A DNA stretch of 64,000 nucleotides, taken from NCBI GenBank assembly GCA_043777495.1, contig JAYWHU010000031.1, positions 368 to 64,367 on the forward strand. Direction: 5' to 3'. Under the pieces are notes generated by a model that worked only from the letters and a program-made list of their open reading frames with translations, was not told the origin of the DNA and did not search any database. Made by a program: the position numbers and the translations under genes. The DNA is from Cyclobacteriaceae bacterium (GTDB lineage: Bacteria; Bacteroidota; Bacteroidia; Cytophagales; Cyclobacteriaceae). Positions 62,777 to 64,000 of the stretch are shown here, piece after piece (within the stretch, counting starts at the first letter, position 1; each line of letters opens with the position of its first letter).

Positions 62777-64000
62777 TTATTTCCTACTATAATTCGGTGC
62801 CTCTCTAGTTATTGTAATATCATGCGGATGGCTCTCATGCACACCTGCCGTGGTAATTTTTACAAACTTGGCTGATTTTAGTTTCTCTAAATTCTTTGCT
62901 CCACAGTAGCCCATTCCCGCTTTCAATCCACCAACTAATTGATACAAAACTTCAGCTACAGAGCCTTTGAAGGGCACACGACCCGAGATGCCTTCTGGTA
63001 CTAATTTTTTAATGTCGTCTTCTACATCTTGAAAGTAGCGGTCTTTGCTTCCGTCTTCCATTGCTTCTATAGATCCCATGCCGCGATAAGATTTAAACCT
63101 ACGGCCTTCATAAATAATTAACTCGCCTGGGGCTTCTTCTGTTCCTGCCAAGAGAGACCCAATCATCACGCTATCTGCACCCGCGGCCAATGCTTTTACA
63201 ATATCGCCAGAGAAACGGATGCCACCATCGGCAATCACTTTTACGCCAGAGCCTTTCAATGCTTTTGCAGATTCGTACACGGCAGATAATTGAGGAAGAC
63301 CAATGCCCGCCACAATGCGCGTGGTACAGATACTGCCAGGGCCAACGCCCACTTTCACTGCATCGACACCAATCTTGGCTAATGCTTTTGCTGCTTCGCC
63401 TGTAGCAATGTTTCCTACTACTATTTCAAGTGAAGGATATTTTTTCTTTACTTTTTTTGCCGCATCCATCACGCCTTTTGAGTGACCGTGCGCAGTATCA
63501 ATGCTTATCACATCTACGCCTGCATTTTTCAATGCTTCTATCCGATCTAAAATATCTGGCGTAACGCCCACAGCCGCGCCCGCGCGCAACCTTCCAAATT
63601 TATCTTTACAGGCATTTGGTTTGTTTTTCTTTTTCAAGATGTCTTTGTACGTGACAAGCCCAGTAAGTTTTCCTTTTTTATTTACTATGGGCAGCTTTTC
63701 GATTTTATAATCTTGCAGCAACAGCTCGGCTTTTTCTAAGGTAATGCCTTCTGGTGCTGTTATCAAGTTCTCTTTGGTCATGATCCGTTCAATGGGCATG
63801 GACATGTCTTTTTGAAAACGCAAGTCGCGGTTGGTGATGATGCCCACCAGTTTTCCATTTCCATCTATCACGGGTATGCCCCCGATTTTATTTTCGCGCA
63901 TGAGCTTTTCAGCATCTCGCACCGTAGAGTTTACAAGTAATGTTACAGGATCCAAGATCATTCCGCTCTGCGAACGTTTTACTTTGCGCACATGCTCAGC
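62777..64000 (-). CDS. guaB: IMP dehydrogenase (5' end outside the window)
   Basis: CBS pair, [43 protein letters not shown]. Confidence 0.96.
   Translation of the reverse strand, partial: AEHVRKVKRSQSGMILDPVTLLVNSTVRDAEKLMRENKIGGIPVIDGNGKLVGIITNRDLRFQKDMSMPIERIMTKENLITAPEGITLEKAELLLQDYKIEKLPIVNKKGKLTGLVTYKDILKKKNKPNACKDKFGRLRAGAAVGVTPDILDRIEALKNAGVDVISIDTAHGHSKGVMDAAKKVKKKYPSLEIVVGNIATGEAAKALAKIGVDAVKVGVGPGSICTTRIVAGIGLPQLSAVYESAKALKGSGVKVIADGGIRFSGDIVKALAAGADSVMIGSLLAGTEEAPGELIIYEGRRFKSYRGMGSIEAMEDGSKDRYFQDVEDDIKKLVPEGISGRVPFKGSVAEVLYQLVGGLKAGMGYCGAKNLEKLKSAKFVKITTAGVHESHPHDITITREAPNYSRK

Noticed and set aside
781-63710. Many short antisense or nested ORFs in the six-frame track
   Set aside because: They are shadows of well-supported genes on the opposite strand or frame, with no motifs or start context.
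1-64000. tRNA, rRNA, integrase, transposase, reverse transcriptase (retron/DGR)
   Set aside because: No cloverleaf or rRNA signature, and no YxDD, DDE or tyrosine-recombinase motif set outside TopIB, was found by inspection.

Overview
A 64-kb chromosomal segment, inferred to be from a Bacteroidota bacterium (probably Cytophagales-like). The inference rests on TAnnTTTG -7 promoter boxes, Cys-lipoproteins, a T9SS C-terminal-domain protein and an alpha2-type GlyRS. No rRNA, tRNA, CRISPR array, integrase, transposase or reverse transcriptase was found. The backbone is housekeeping and envelope genes (glyS, dgt, tdk, recO, guaB partial, GGGP synthase, a PPIase trio with MoxR, an RsbU/V/W-like module, several two-component systems). 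Accessory blocks: (i) a partial HEPN-motif gene at the left edge; (ii) topoisomerase IB plus a nucleotidyltransferase, with a protoglobin/DUF2024/Cys-rich MarR cassette lying between that NTase and a truncated paralog of it; (iii) a TdeIII-like type II R-M system sitting between a YafY-type WYL regulator and its probable target operon, whose promoter carries two TGACA-N6-TGTCA palindromes; (iv) an AT-rich restriction island (truncated MvaI/BcnI-like REase, Mrr, a coupled small ORF, a stand-alone C5-MTase C-terminal half) followed by a zeta-like ATPase pair; (v) a VapBC-like module. The intergenic DNA is rich in structured repeats: a 103-bp x 4.8 hairpin array, a 425-bp TIR-bounded MITE-like element and a relative of it, a REP doublet with compensatory changes, three copies of a covarying structured element (one read through in frame by a lipoprotein ORF, one abutting the truncated REase), and many heptamer tracts. 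Family assignments come from recognising motifs by eye; no database searches were run.
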